Shown piece after piece: positions 8,430 through 18,427 of a DNA stretch of 50,705 nucleotides (positions are counted from its first letter, which is position 1; each line of letters opens with the position of its first letter). The DNA is from a virus. Taxonomy: Duplodnaviria; Caudoviricetes. Location of the stretch: IMG/VR virus record IMGVR_UViG_3300025769_000013, positions 1 through 50,705 of that record; one strand, written 5' to 3'. A program made the translations under genes and the position numbers. Under the pieces are notes generated by a model, which made no database searches, was not told the DNA's origin, and saw nothing but the letters and a program-made list of their open reading frames with translations.

Positions 8430-9092
8430 ATGAGTGAACTGACAGGTGAAGAGTTAAATCAAATCAGAAGACGTAATTTCGGGGAGTATGTGGTGAGTAC
8501 TCCAGGATTAGGCCCCTTCGATGCATTTCGGATGGTAGATGGTGTAGACCAGAACCCGGATATTGCGGACTGGGTGAAGGACATGTTTACCAGCAAGCAG
8601 TTGGGTTTCTTTACTGAAAAGACTCCAGCCAGCGTGGGTAAATATTGGCTCAAGACTAGTGGACCGCCTGTCCTTATGCAGCAAGGCGATTGGTTTGTGA
8701 AGGTCTGCGATGATCCGCTGACCATCAATCGATATCCAGACGCAATTTTCCAAATCATGTTCGGGGCGAAGGAAGTCCTGGCCCCAAATGGAGTGGAAGA
8801 GCCGATGACCCGGGTAATTGAACTCTACTCTCCTTCTGCGGAGGCAGCAACCCTATCTGGAGAGATCGCAGCCTACATGGAAACCTCCTACAAGGACTGG
8901 ATGTCCAAAGCCTACTACCACTACATGGAGATCATCAAGGATATGCTAATCCGTGGTCCAATTCTGGACCGAATTAAGCCCATCCAGGAGTACACGGACA
9001 AACTGGAGGCGAAAGGTGGTCAGATCACTAAGGCAAAATATTTCAAACTTCTGAAGCGGGGCATGCAGATGCTCAATCCAGACGTAAATTGA
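8430..9092 (+). CDS. hypothetical protein upstream of TerL
   Basis: ATG 8430 just after tRNA; LMQQGDWFVK..YPDAIF motif. Confidence 0.75.
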   Translation: MSELTGEELNQIRRRNFGEYVVSTPGLGPFDAFRMVDGVDQNPDIADWVKDMFTSKQLGFFTEKTPASVGKYWLKTSGPPVLMQQGDWFVKVCDDPLTINRYPDAIFQIMFGAKEVLAPNGVEEPMTRVIELYSPSAEAATLSGEIAAYMETSYKDWMSKAYYHYMEIIKDMLIRGPILDRIKPIQEYTDKLEAKGGQITKAKYFKLLKRGMQMLNPDVN

Positions 9093-11815
9093 TGGAGCGG
9101 CACGGGTATGCATTTCCTGATGAATGGGATGACCTTCGGATAGAACTATGGTGTCTGGCGAATGCTGAAGATACGCATCTACACTTGAAACACTGTATGA
9201 TGCTTCTCTGGCCTCACCTTTACCAAGGGGAAATTGCTCCAGGTGTACCGAGGTGGAGAGAGGATTTGGAATTGATGACATGGGCGTGGTCTAATTACCG
9301 GACGATGACAGTGATCGGACACGCCAGTGCTGGAAAATGCTTAAAAGTTAATACAGAAGTATTAATGTTTAATGGCGAAAAGAAAAAAGTGCAAGACATA
9401 AAACGAGGAGATTTGCTAATGGGTGATGATTCTACTCCTCGTAAAGTCCAAGGGGTCTGCACTGGTCGAGAGGAAATGTTTAAGATCATTCCCAGCAAAG
9501 GCGATCCCTGGGTTTGCAATCGCAGTCACATTCTCTCTCTCAAAGCATCCTACGTCCCAAAAAAGAACACAGACTTTGAAAAGGGAGATGTTCGTGATGT
9601 GCCTCTGGAAGAGTTTTTGACTTACGGCGAGACTAAGCGACGAGTCTGGAAGCAATATCGGGTCGGAGTGGATTTTCCTAAGCAGAAAGAGCCGCTTTTG
9701 ATCGATCCATATATCCTTGGGGTATGGATTGGTGACGGCACAAAGGGAGAGCTAGAAATCACAAAACCAAAAGGCAAGGTAGTTGATGAGTGGATTAACT
9801 ATTGGTCATCTCGTGGACTATCAGTTTCAGAATACCAAGTAAAAGACCGTTGCAAAAGATGGAGAGCAGTTAACAAAGAAAGGCACGGTGACTATCGTCA
9901 ATTTATTCGAGGACTTGCGACGACTGGTCAAAAGATAATCCCGCAAGAATACCTCCTGGCATCCAGAGAAAGACGCTTAAGATTACTAGCTGGATTGATA
10001 GACACTGATGGGTATGTAGACAAGAATGCTTATGCCATCACCACAAAATGGAAGGGACTTGCTGATCAAATTCTATTTTTGGCAAGATCTTTAGGTTTTG
10101 GGGCAAACCTCACTGAGACTACTGGGAAAATTAAATCACTGGGCTTTGAAGGGACTTACTGGAATGTTCATATTTCCGGTGAGGTGCAAAATATACCTAC
10201 TCTTGCTAAAAAAGCGGAGGGGAAAATATCAAGAGATCCATTACTCCAGGAGATCCGAGCGGAATCATTAGGCGAAGGTACTTACTATGGGTTTGAGATC
10301 GATGGAAATCGGAGGTTCCTACTTGGAGACTTCACCGTCACTCACAATACCCATACGCTGGCCCATATCGCTTACACGCACTACCTTTCTGATGCTGCCA
10401 ACACGATTATTACGCTGACCTCCACTCACCTACCAGGTCTCAAAAAGAGGTTATGGTCAGATATCGTATCCGCTCATAAAACCTCAGTCTTGGGGGAGCT
10501 CATGCATGTAAAGACGTATGACATGACGATGCGTCCAATGGATAATCCAAAAGAGGACAAATATGTCATTGAGGGAATTGCAGTAGACCGTGGCGAAGAG
10601 GCGGTAACCCGGATCCAGGGCAATCACTCCAGGGACCATCGATATGTGATTATTGATGAGGCGGAAGGTACGCACCAGGCGATCTTTGATGCAGCATCCA
10701 ACTTGATGACAGATAACGACTTTCGTTGGGCAATGTTGGCGAACCCCGAGAATGAAAATGGAGAGTTTGGGACCTGGTGTGAACCGACACGCGGTTGGAA
10801 CTCCATTGATGCAGAGCAGGATCTCTACTGGGAGACTGCTAGAGGTGGTGTGTGTGTTCGATTGGACGGGTTAAAATCGGCAAACTTTCGGAATCCTCCA
10901 CCAGAGGGAAAGAAACCATACTTTCCATTCCTGATTGATCAAAATTACGTGGATAGAATCAAAACATCCTACGGTTTTGAATCACCCCGGTGGTGGATTT
11001 TCGTGCGTGGTTGGTTTCCTCCAGCCGGATCAATGGGGACGATCTTTTCTCGGAACATCCTGGCTCAAGCAGTGGAGCCGATTTTCTACAACTACCCACC
11101 TACGCCATGTGCTGCATTGGACCCTGCTTTCGAGGGTGATGATGAATGTATGCTCCAATTTGGAGAGTACGGGGAGGCGAATGGATCCAGGTTTGCGTTC
11201 AATTTTAAGGAAGAGCAGGCAGTAAAGGCGAAAGTTCGGCCCGGAGGTGAACCATTGGACTACGTCATTGCTCATGAAGTTATGAACCAATGTGACGCCA
11301 GGGGTGTAAAGCCGGAAAACTTCATCATGGACACTACTGGTGCTGGCCGGGGCGTTTATGCGATCCTTCGCAAGGAGTGGGGGAAAGTCGAAAAGTGCGA
11401 TTTTTGGGGAAAACCGAGTGATCGACGCCTTCGGGCATTTGATGACATGACCTGTGGGGACCAGTTTGATCGATTTGTTACGGAGCTTTGGTTTTCTTGC
11501 CGAATATTCATGGAATCTGGTTTGATTGGTGGAGTCACAATGGATTTCAAGAAGTTGCGGGAGCAATTATCCGCCCGGAGGTTCGAGATTAAGTCCAAAA
11601 AGGAATCTATCGAGACCAAGAAGGATATGAAAAAACGGTTAGGCTACTCGCCTGACCATGCGGACGCATTTGTACTATTTACTGAGCTCCTGAAGCGTAA
11701 AGGAGCAGTCACCGGTGAGGAAAAACTCCCTGAAAACGAGGATGAATCACAGTGGGACCGAGCTAGGGCCTACAGCGATGTAGCAGAGGAGAGTTTTGCA
11801 CATGGATTTGCATAA
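9092..11815 (+). CDS. terL: terminase large subunit with intein
   Basis: Walker A GHASAGK|T after splicing, Walker B VIIDEA, LANP, nuclease ALDPAFEGDD, MDTTGAG, SPDHADA. Confidence 0.93.
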   Translation: MERHGYAFPDEWDDLRIELWCLANAEDTHLHLKHCMMLLWPHLYQGEIAPGVPRWREDLELMTWAWSNYRTMTVIGHASAGKCLKVNTEVLMFNGEKKKVQDIKRGDLLMGDDSTPRKVQGVCTGREEMFKIIPSKGDPWVCNRSHILSLKASYVPKKNTDFEKGDVRDVPLEEFLTYGETKRRVWKQYRVGVDFPKQKEPLLIDPYILGVWIGDGTKGELEITKPKGKVVDEWINYWSSRGLSVSEYQVKDRCKRWRAVNKERHGDYRQFIRGLATTGQKIIPQEYLLASRERRLRLLAGLIDTDGYVDKNAYAITTKWKGLADQILFLARSLGFGANLTETTGKIKSLGFEGTYWNVHISGEVQNIPTLAKKAEGKISRDPLLQEIRAESLGEGTYYGFEIDGNRRFLLGDFTVTHNTHTLAHIAYTHYLSDAANTIITLTSTHLPGLKKRLWSDIVSAHKTSVLGELMHVKTYDMTMRPMDNPKEDKYVIEGIAVDRGEEAVTRIQGNHSRDHRYVIIDEAEGTHQAIFDAASNLMTDNDFRWAMLANPENENGEFGTWCEPTRGWNSIDAEQDLYWETARGGVCVRLDGLKSANFRNPPPEGKKPYFPFLIDQNYVDRIKTSYGFESPRWWIFVRGWFPPAGSMGTIFSRNILAQAVEPIFYNYPPTPCAALDPAFEGDDECMLQFGEYGEANGSRFAFNFKEEQAVKAKVRPGGEPLDYVIAHEVMNQCDARGVKPENFIMDTTGAGRGVYAILRKEWGKVEKCDFWGKPSDRRLRAFDDMTCGDQFDRFVTELWFSCRIFMESGLIGGVTMDFKKLREQLSARRFEIKSKKESIETKKDMKKRLGYSPDHADAFVLFTELLKRKGAVTGEEKLPENEDESQWDRARAYSDVAEESFAHGFA
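9338..10348 (+). mobile_element. intein with LAGLIDADG homing endonuclease (337 aa)
   Basis: Begins CLKVNTEV, block B WVCNRSHIL, DPYILGVWIGDG and LLAGLIDTDG motifs, ends FTVTHN followed by Thr. Confidence 0.95.
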
Positions 11816-12050
11816 AATCAGATGGTTGCGGACTACGCACTTGATTCCCCCGGGTGGATGGAAATTCAAGGACCCAGACAGTCAGCTACCTATCACCGCA
11901 CCGACTTTCGAGGCACTCAAGGAACGAGTCATCACCCACCGGACTTACCTGGGGAATGACACCAGCAATTACCCGGATGAGATTGAGCATCAAATTTGTT
12001 CAGAGATTCCTGAGTCCTGGTGGCAGGACAAACCGAGAACTGTATCATGA
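11802..12050 (+). CDS. hypothetical head-module protein
   Basis: PPGGWKF..HR...IEHQIC; overlaps terL end and portal start. Confidence 0.75.
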   Translation: MDLHKIRWLRTTHLIPPGGWKFKDPDSQLPITAPTFEALKERVITHRTYLGNDTSNYPDEIEHQICSEIPESWWQDKPRTVS

Positions 12051-14200
12051 ACGACCTGAGTGAAATTACGAACGAACGGAGAGTAGGAACAGTAGTTTCT
12101 GCAAATACTCTCTACCAGAAACTAAAGAAAAAGGGTGATGAGCGGGAACGTGGATTTGCCTCCATCGAAAACCAGATCAATGGTGGACGCCCCTATGATC
12201 CTCAAAAGCTGGCGGAGCAGGGGCAATCCTGGCGAGCAAACTTCAATTTTGGAGATGCTGCCAGTGCGTTAGAGCAGGCCCAGGTCTCCTACTGGAGGTT
12301 GCTGCACGATACATCCAACCTTCTGAATGTGGAAATCCACGGAGACCATCAACATAAGGATCGATGGTCTCAAACCTTGGTGCATAATTTTAACCGATTC
12401 ATTGAAGACTGGGGTGATGAGTATGTTCTGAACTATCTCCAATTTTCACGAAACCATTTAATGTATGGAGTTGGTCCTGTCATTTTCCCAGATAAAGACT
12501 CAGCCCGATGGGAACCTATAAGAACAAATGGTGTCCTCGTCCCTGAACGAGCAAAATCTGCATCCAGTAAGCAGGAAATCGTCTGCATCCGCCAGGAAAT
12601 GCAAGTGTCTGAACTCTGGGAGAAGATTCGGACCGATAAAGCAAAGGGGCATAACACAACCCGTGGCTGGAAGGTAAAAGAGATCCGGGATGTTTTGTAT
12701 CACACTCTGAGAAACGGACAGAAGGCATCCAGTGAGGATGACCTAATAAAGATGGAGGATAGTATCCGAAATCGGAGCACTGAGGTCTCTGAGGAGCATG
12801 GTGCTATCAATATGGTCTACCTCTATGTAAAAGAGTGGGACGGAAAAGTCAGCAAGATGATGTTCTGCGAGGACAACCCTACTGCAGGTTTCGTTTTTGA
12901 TGATCATGATACCGCATTCCGAAGTGATTCAATCGATGACGATATTAGTTTTGTCTTCTTTGAAGTCGGGAATGGACTTTACCATTCCGTCAGAGGATTT
13001 GGATACAAAAACTACCAAACCAGCATCGCATCGAATCGATTGAAGTGTAAAGTACTGGACCGTTGCACCATCGAAGGTCTCAATTTTCGGGATACCTCCG
13101 AAGGGACTCGGACTATCCTGCCGATTGTGAACATGGGTGCGTACAATATCGTGCCGAGAGATTTGGAGCAATTGCCAAACTATCCGGGCTCGTCATCAAT
13201 TGGAGATGCTCTTGGAATGATCCAGGATACAGTCAATTGGAATAATGCCCGGTACAGGGACCAATCCCAACAGATTGAGCAATCAAATACTGCTACCCAA
13301 GCACGGATCCTGGCTAATCTTCAATCTCAGGTTGAAGTCTCCAACGCGACCCTTTACTTGAAACAATTTGCCCAGAATATCATGGCGAAACAGTTCGAGA
13401 GACTACGCCGGAAAGGGAATACTGATCCGGATGCGGTGCTATTTAAAAAACGGTGTACCGAGGATGGCAAAATGCCAGTGGAAGCTTTCCATACAATTGA
13501 AGTTACTGTTGGTACTGGAGCGGACCCTGGAAAGACCTCTGCAGCACTGCAGGCCGAGATCTCCTTCCAACTTCTTCAACTCCAGGGTAACCGATATGTC
13601 AATCGACGTGCTGCCACGGAGGCGTATATTGAAAGTACCACTGGAGCTTCCTCAGTGAAGCGGTTTATCCTTCCAGAGGATCAGCTTGAGGACAAGGGTG
13701 CAGTCCGCCTTGCCCAGATTGAAAATACCAGCCTGGGTGACGGCGTACCTATTGAAGTGACCGAGCGTGATGACCACGTCATGCATATCATGACCCACAT
13801 GGAGCCACTAAAAGGAATTGTGGGAACCGCTCAAACGATTGAAGAGGGGCAAATTGGTATGCCAGCAAATGCAGGCATGCCTACGCAACCATCACTCTCC
13901 CAGGAGCAAATGATAGCTCTGGAGACTACCCTGCCCCACATCGCCACACACCTCGAGTACCTCAAACTGGATCCATTTCAGGAACAGGACTACCAGCAAT
14001 TGCAGGCGGAGTTTAAACAACTTGCGTCAGTGGCTGAAGGTATGATCCGAAAAATGGAGGAGACGGCACTGGCATTTGCTAATCAACAACAATTTGGAGG
14101 ACCAACGACACTCGATGGTGCCGACATGCAACCCACGCAAACCGATGAAACTATTCCAACGGATTTTTCACCGCAAGGACTCGATTCCTTTGCTCCCTAA
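12047..14200 (+). CDS. portal protein
   Basis: 717 aa directly after TerL; YGVGPV, TATQARI, DDHVMHIMTH motifs as in P22-like portals. Confidence 0.8.
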   Translation: MNDLSEITNERRVGTVVSANTLYQKLKKKGDERERGFASIENQINGGRPYDPQKLAEQGQSWRANFNFGDAASALEQAQVSYWRLLHDTSNLLNVEIHGDHQHKDRWSQTLVHNFNRFIEDWGDEYVLNYLQFSRNHLMYGVGPVIFPDKDSARWEPIRTNGVLVPERAKSASSKQEIVCIRQEMQVSELWEKIRTDKAKGHNTTRGWKVKEIRDVLYHTLRNGQKASSEDDLIKMEDSIRNRSTEVSEEHGAINMVYLYVKEWDGKVSKMMFCEDNPTAGFVFDDHDTAFRSDSIDDDISFVFFEVGNGLYHSVRGFGYKNYQTSIASNRLKCKVLDRCTIEGLNFRDTSEGTRTILPIVNMGAYNIVPRDLEQLPNYPGSSSIGDALGMIQDTVNWNNARYRDQSQQIEQSNTATQARILANLQSQVEVSNATLYLKQFAQNIMAKQFERLRRKGNTDPDAVLFKKRCTEDGKMPVEAFHTIEVTVGTGADPGKTSAALQAEISFQLLQLQGNRYVNRRAATEAYIESTTGASSVKRFILPEDQLEDKGAVRLAQIENTSLGDGVPIEVTERDDHVMHIMTHMEPLKGIVGTAQTIEEGQIGMPANAGMPTQPSLSQEQMIALETTLPHIATHLEYLKLDPFQEQDYQQLQAEFKQLASVAEGMIRKMEETALAFANQQQFGGPTTLDGADMQPTQTDETIPTDFSPQGLDSFAP

Positions 14201-14222
14201 CATTTTACCCAGTCGGAAAGAA

Positions 14223-14459
14223 ATGACCGATACGGAAAGAGAAGAACTTCGTAAGTGGCTGGATCTTCCTGCGACAAAGAAGGCGATGAGTTTTCTTGAG
14301 GCAAAAAGACCTGGAGTTTTCCCTCAGGAAACCCCAGCAGATGTCCGATTGTACCAACTGCAAGGTTGGGAATTGTATCGGAATAATCTGCTGACACTTA
14401 CGCACGTTGAGAAGGATGTAAATCCCATTGAGGAGAGCTTTCAATCACCGGAATTTTAA
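14223..14459 (+). CDS. small hypothetical head protein
   Basis: ATG 14223 between portal and scaffold. Confidence 0.7.
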   Translation: MTDTEREELRKWLDLPATKKAMSFLEAKRPGVFPQETPADVRLYQLQGWELYRNNLLTLTHVEKDVNPIEESFQSPEF

Positions 14460-14478
14460 CATTAACGAAAGTTGAGAC

Positions 14479-15660
14479 ATGGGAGACGAAGAAAAAACTG
14501 AACAGGAGGTCATTCGCGACCTCGAAAACGATGACGCAATGGCTCATTTGGATGATGCCAGAGAGATTTTTGGAGAGGAGGTGAAAGAACATGAAGCGAA
14601 AGTGCAAACCGAAGAGTCGAAAGGCTCAGAAGAAAAAAAGCCCACGCAAGCGGATGAGCTACTAAGTGAGCTGATCAAGCCAAAGGCGGAGGAGAAGTCT
14701 ACGGAATCTAAGGAATCTTCCAAAAAGGAGACCCCTGACGATGACAGTGACTTGACTCCCCCGCCCGACGATTCCCCTCAGAAAGCGAACTGGGATATCA
14801 TGAAGCAACGCAAGAATGACGCCGTTGCCCGTGTGAAAGAATTGGAGGCCCAAATGGAGGCTAAGGCGGATGACGCCACAACAGATTCCCTGAGAGCTCG
14901 TGTGAAGGAATTGGAGGGCGAAAATGATCGATTCTCTACCAGGCTGAAGGAACTGGATTTTAAATCTCATCCTGAATATTTCAATCAGTACGAGAAACCA
15001 ATTCAAGATGCCCAGGATTCTCTAAAGGCGATTGCCGAGGCTGAAGGTATCGACCTAAATGTGGAATCCCTGGCTGCGTTATCAGGTAAGGAGTTCGGGG
15101 ATAAGGTATCTGAGATTATTGAGGACCTGTCTCCCTATCGGGCGAATCAATTCACTCTGCAAGCCCAGTCTTTGGAGAGAACGATTCAGGACCGTGATGC
15201 CGTCGCTGCGGACTCAGATAAGTTTATCCAGGACGCCAATGAAAGGTTCCAAGCACAAACCCGTGCTGTTTTTGATGAAGTGACTAATGGATTCTCTGAG
15301 ACGTTGGTCCCGATGACAGTGCCAGAAGGTGCCGACGATGCAGCAAAGCAGCATGCGGATGCATACAATGCAGACTTGGCAGAGGTTCCAAAAATCGCTG
15401 AACAAATTGCATTTGGTCAAATGGACCACCAACAATTGTCTCAAATCTCCAACGAGGCAGCTCACTATCGTTTTGTCATGACGCGGGTATTGCCTCGACT
15501 CGCTGATAATGCCGGAGCGAAAGTGGCAGCACTGCAAGCCGAATTGGATGCGATCAAGGGTGCAGGTCCAAAATACAGCCCATCAGATACAACTGGAGCA
15601 TCATTGACTATGGATGACATGGATCACGATCAAGCTGCAGAAGCGGCTTTTCGTGCATAA
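14479..15660 (+). CDS. capsid scaffolding protein
   Basis: Acidic, coiled-coil, located between portal and capsid gene. Confidence 0.7.
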   Translation: MGDEEKTEQEVIRDLENDDAMAHLDDAREIFGEEVKEHEAKVQTEESKGSEEKKPTQADELLSELIKPKAEEKSTESKESSKKETPDDDSDLTPPPDDSPQKANWDIMKQRKNDAVARVKELEAQMEAKADDATTDSLRARVKELEGENDRFSTRLKELDFKSHPEYFNQYEKPIQDAQDSLKAIAEAEGIDLNVESLAALSGKEFGDKVSEIIEDLSPYRANQFTLQAQSLERTIQDRDAVAADSDKFIQDANERFQAQTRAVFDEVTNGFSETLVPMTVPEGADDAAKQHADAYNADLAEVPKIAEQIAFGQMDHQQLSQISNEAAHYRFVMTRVLPRLADNAGAKVAALQAELDAIKGAGPKYSPSDTTGASLTMDDMDHDQAAEAAFRA

Positions 15661-15686
15661 CTATAGTAACTCCAGTAACTTGAATA

Positions 15687-15725
15687 ACCCTGTCTTGAGC
15701 TAATCGCTCAGGGCGGGGTATTTTT
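15687..15725 (+). terminator. intrinsic terminator-like hairpin
   Basis: ACCCTGTCTTGAGC-taatc-GCTCAGGGCGGGGT then ATTTTT. Confidence 0.65.
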
Positions 15726-15739
15726 GTGCTTAACTCAAT

Positions 15740-15907
15740 CGCTGGGTAGTGACCAGCGGAACAGTCAGAGAGCTGTTGGGTGACACCCCAGCGACAGGCG
15801 AGCCAAATGGTCCCGATGGCACGAGGACAGTCCAACCACCGGGTTCAACTGTCGCTCACTGCTAAGGGAAAGCCCGGTGAAAATCGAAACTCAAATTTTC
15901 ACCCAAA
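15740..15907 (+). ncRNA. structured 5' leader of capsid gene (pseudoknot plus alternative hairpin)
   Basis: Pairings 15790-15797/15849-15856, 15837-15845/15871-15879 and 15876-15884/15895-15903. Confidence 0.55.
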
Positions 15908-17218
15908 ATGGCAAATTTAGCTAATTATTTCCGCACCCGCCGGAACCAGTATCAAAAGGATACAATTCAACGCCTCTTTAGAGGCAATCCCGTCCGTTCT
16001 CTAGTCAACCACCGCGAATACAATGGTGCTGATGGAGAGAACCCAACTGTGGTCACCCACACTCACGAACTCCCAGAGACGTATCCATTGAATGGTTCCG
16101 CTGGTTCTGACCTTACGGATTTCCGTATGGAGACTATTAAGAGGACCAACCACGATGGCACGAACTACGACGGAGAGGACAGTGGTGACACCGATGATCC
16201 AAATGCATTGCTTGCTGGTGCTCCTGCGAACACTCCAACTTCTCCTGAAGGCACTGCGACACTTGCTGACGTCGGTAACCCAACCCAGTACGAAGTTCGT
16301 CGTGGTCAACTGGAACGTACCTTCGAGATTCGTCAGGTTTCTTTCGAGACTGCTGACATCGCTCTCGACGACATTAAGCGTTCCTGGCAAGCCGCCGAGA
16401 CTGCTGGTGCATGGGGTAAGGCTCTTCGTGAGTTTACCACTGTGGTGTTCTCTGACTGGTATCGTGTTCAGAACATTGGAATGGTCACCAATAAGTATGT
16501 TCCTACTGGAGCGACATCCGGTGTTTCCGTCAGTGATAACTACGACCAGGATTTTAGTCATGCTACCTTGACTGCTGGCACCCCAGCTCAATTAGAGTGG
16601 TGGCACTTGGAGGAATTGTACTGGGATCTTGTGGCTCGTGGAGTTACTGACGAGATCGCAATTGGTACTGCCAATGGTCGCCCAATACTTCCTCTCGTTG
16701 TTTCTCCAAAGGTAAAAAATTACCTCTGGCGTGATGAAACTGCAAATGCCGAGACGTTTAAGTGGCTGCGTCCTGAAAGTCGCATTGCTCAACTGGGACA
16801 TCCTGCCGCAATCAAAGGGTTTTATCCGATTGTGGACGTGTTTCCAATGCGTTGTGCTAATGAGGCTGGTCTGGATGCAGGTACTTACATCTACCCTACA
16901 GAAAACGTAGCAACCTCGTTCGGATTTAAGCACCAGCCCAATGCAGCTTATAAGACGGCGGAAATGGAGATCGCCACGATCCTTCCTGCTGACGTTTATG
17001 AGTGTGTGTACGAGCCCTCCAGCCCCACTGCATTCGATGGCATCAAGTTTGACCCGCAGGACTACACTGGCGAGTTCAACTTCATGAACCAGAAGACCTA
17101 TAAGGGTGACAATGACCGTGGTAACCGTGGTTACTACCTGGCAGACATCCGCATGGGTGCCAAACCCCGCAATCCTGACCTTGGATATTCTATCGCTCAC
17201 GATGTTAGCGGACTCTAA
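15908..17218 (+). CDS. major capsid protein
   Basis: 436 aa after scaffold, biased codon use, followed by strong terminator. Confidence 0.8.
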   Translation: MANLANYFRTRRNQYQKDTIQRLFRGNPVRSLVNHREYNGADGENPTVVTHTHELPETYPLNGSAGSDLTDFRMETIKRTNHDGTNYDGEDSGDTDDPNALLAGAPANTPTSPEGTATLADVGNPTQYEVRRGQLERTFEIRQVSFETADIALDDIKRSWQAAETAGAWGKALREFTTVVFSDWYRVQNIGMVTNKYVPTGATSGVSVSDNYDQDFSHATLTAGTPAQLEWWHLEELYWDLVARGVTDEIAIGTANGRPILPLVVSPKVKNYLWRDETANAETFKWLRPESRIAQLGHPAAIKGFYPIVDVFPMRCANEAGLDAGTYIYPTENVATSFGFKHQPNAAYKTAEMEIATILPADVYECVYEPSSPTAFDGIKFDPQDYTGEFNFMNQKTYKGDNDRGNRGYYLADIRMGAKPRNPDLGYSIAHDVSGL

Positions 17219-17239
17219 TCTTCCTTGAACCTCAAACAA

Positions 17240-17278
17240 GCCTGGAGGGAGTTCATTCTCCCTCCGGGCCTTTCTTTT
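17240..17278 (+). terminator. intrinsic terminator
   Basis: GCCTGGAGGGAG-ttcatt-CTCCCTCCGGGC then CTTTCTTTT. Confidence 0.85.
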
Positions 17279-17285
17279 AAGACCT

Positions 17286-18092
17286 ATGGACAACGTACCT
17301 TACCAAAGAGCAACCTTAAGCCCAGCAGTACCGATTAGGTCTGATTTAACGAAGGCGGAGCTAGAGGCGTCAACAAAGGCAGATATCGTAGAAGTGGACA
17401 CTTCCACCGGGGCGATCACTTTGGATTTTCTTCCAACATCCTGGCCAGATGGGCACCTACTAATTCTTAAACTTAGTGATGTCGCGAATACATTGACCTT
17501 TGATCGGGTCGTTGGGGCAGCAACTGCTACCAAGAATATCCAGATTCCTGACAATGTCGGAACTCCAACTCTAACGGAACTATCTCATAAGGTTGCATTC
17601 CGATGGAAGGAAGGAACAGGGGTTGCAGATAGTTATTGGATTCTGGAATACGGTAATTTTGACTCTCATATTGTGTATGACCGAGCGAACGATATCTGGG
17701 GGTATGGTGGTTCTAGTATAGGCACATACAAGCATGGGATCACTGGTGATGTTATTATTCAGGACGATACTGGGGAAGCTACTTTAACGGTCCAGCATAC
17801 AGGAGTTGGTGGATCAGATGCTGCGGTGCTTCGCCTGATCGCAGACTCTCCGACAGTTGTTTGGAACGACGATGCTGGGGCTACTGACAGAAAACTCCTT
17901 CAAGTAGGATACACAAATGATTCCCTGGCTTTTACATTCTATGATGACTCATCTGTAGCTTATGCGACGCCGCTTGAACTCAAGACCGATGGGAGTCTTG
18001 GTAGTGTTTATTTGAATGCATTGCCGACATCTGATCCAGGGAATCCAGGTCAACTGTATCGTACAGGTGGAGCAGTGATGATCAGTATTTAA
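17286..18092 (+). CDS. virion fibre/decoration protein
   Basis: VDTSTGAITL..P N-terminal motif; C-terminal LPTSDPGNPGQLY typical of fibre proteins. Confidence 0.65.
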   Translation: MDNVPYQRATLSPAVPIRSDLTKAELEASTKADIVEVDTSTGAITLDFLPTSWPDGHLLILKLSDVANTLTFDRVVGAATATKNIQIPDNVGTPTLTELSHKVAFRWKEGTGVADSYWILEYGNFDSHIVYDRANDIWGYGGSSIGTYKHGITGDVIIQDDTGEATLTVQHTGVGGSDAAVLRLIADSPTVVWNDDAGATDRKLLQVGYTNDSLAFTFYDDSSVAYATPLELKTDGSLGSVYLNALPTSDPGNPGQLYRTGGAVMISI

Positions 18093-18106
18093 GGAGAAAT
18101 AAGATT

Positions 18107-18427
18107 ATGAGAAACATTAAACAATTTGCCCTGTTAGAGGGAGCAACTACCGCAGCCGCAGGCAGTGCAGTTAGCGTAGAAAACCAAAAGGGTTGGACAT
18201 TCCTTGTGGTAGCAACCGGAGTAACCACTGGAGCCACTGTGGAAATCCAGGCGAAAGTCAACGGCGAGTGGAAGGCGATCCACGAGGAGGCAGTAACTGC
18301 TACCGGGACATCCGACCCAATTCGTGACGAGCATGGTCACTACGAGTTCCTTCGTGCAGAGATCACCTCCTACACGGACGGCACCTATGACGTTGAGGCA
18401 GCAGGCACGAATCTCAAACAGGTGTAA
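18107..18427 (+). CDS. small beta-sandwich virion protein
   Basis: AAGGAG RBS; ATVEIQAK..GEW..FLRAEIT pattern. Confidence 0.7.
   Translation: MRNIKQFALLEGATTAAAGSAVSVENQKGWTFLVVATGVTTGATVEIQAKVNGEWKAIHEEAVTATGTSDPIRDEHGHYEFLRAEITSYTDGTYDVEAAGTNLKQV

Noticed and set aside
15790-15890. HDV-like or hammerhead ribozyme
   Set aside because: No P3/L3 element between P2 and P1, and CTGCTAAG does not match the CUGANGA core
16001-17293. Long minus-strand ORFs opposite the capsid gene
   Set aside because: Shadow frames caused by codon bias; no RBS or protein-like motifs
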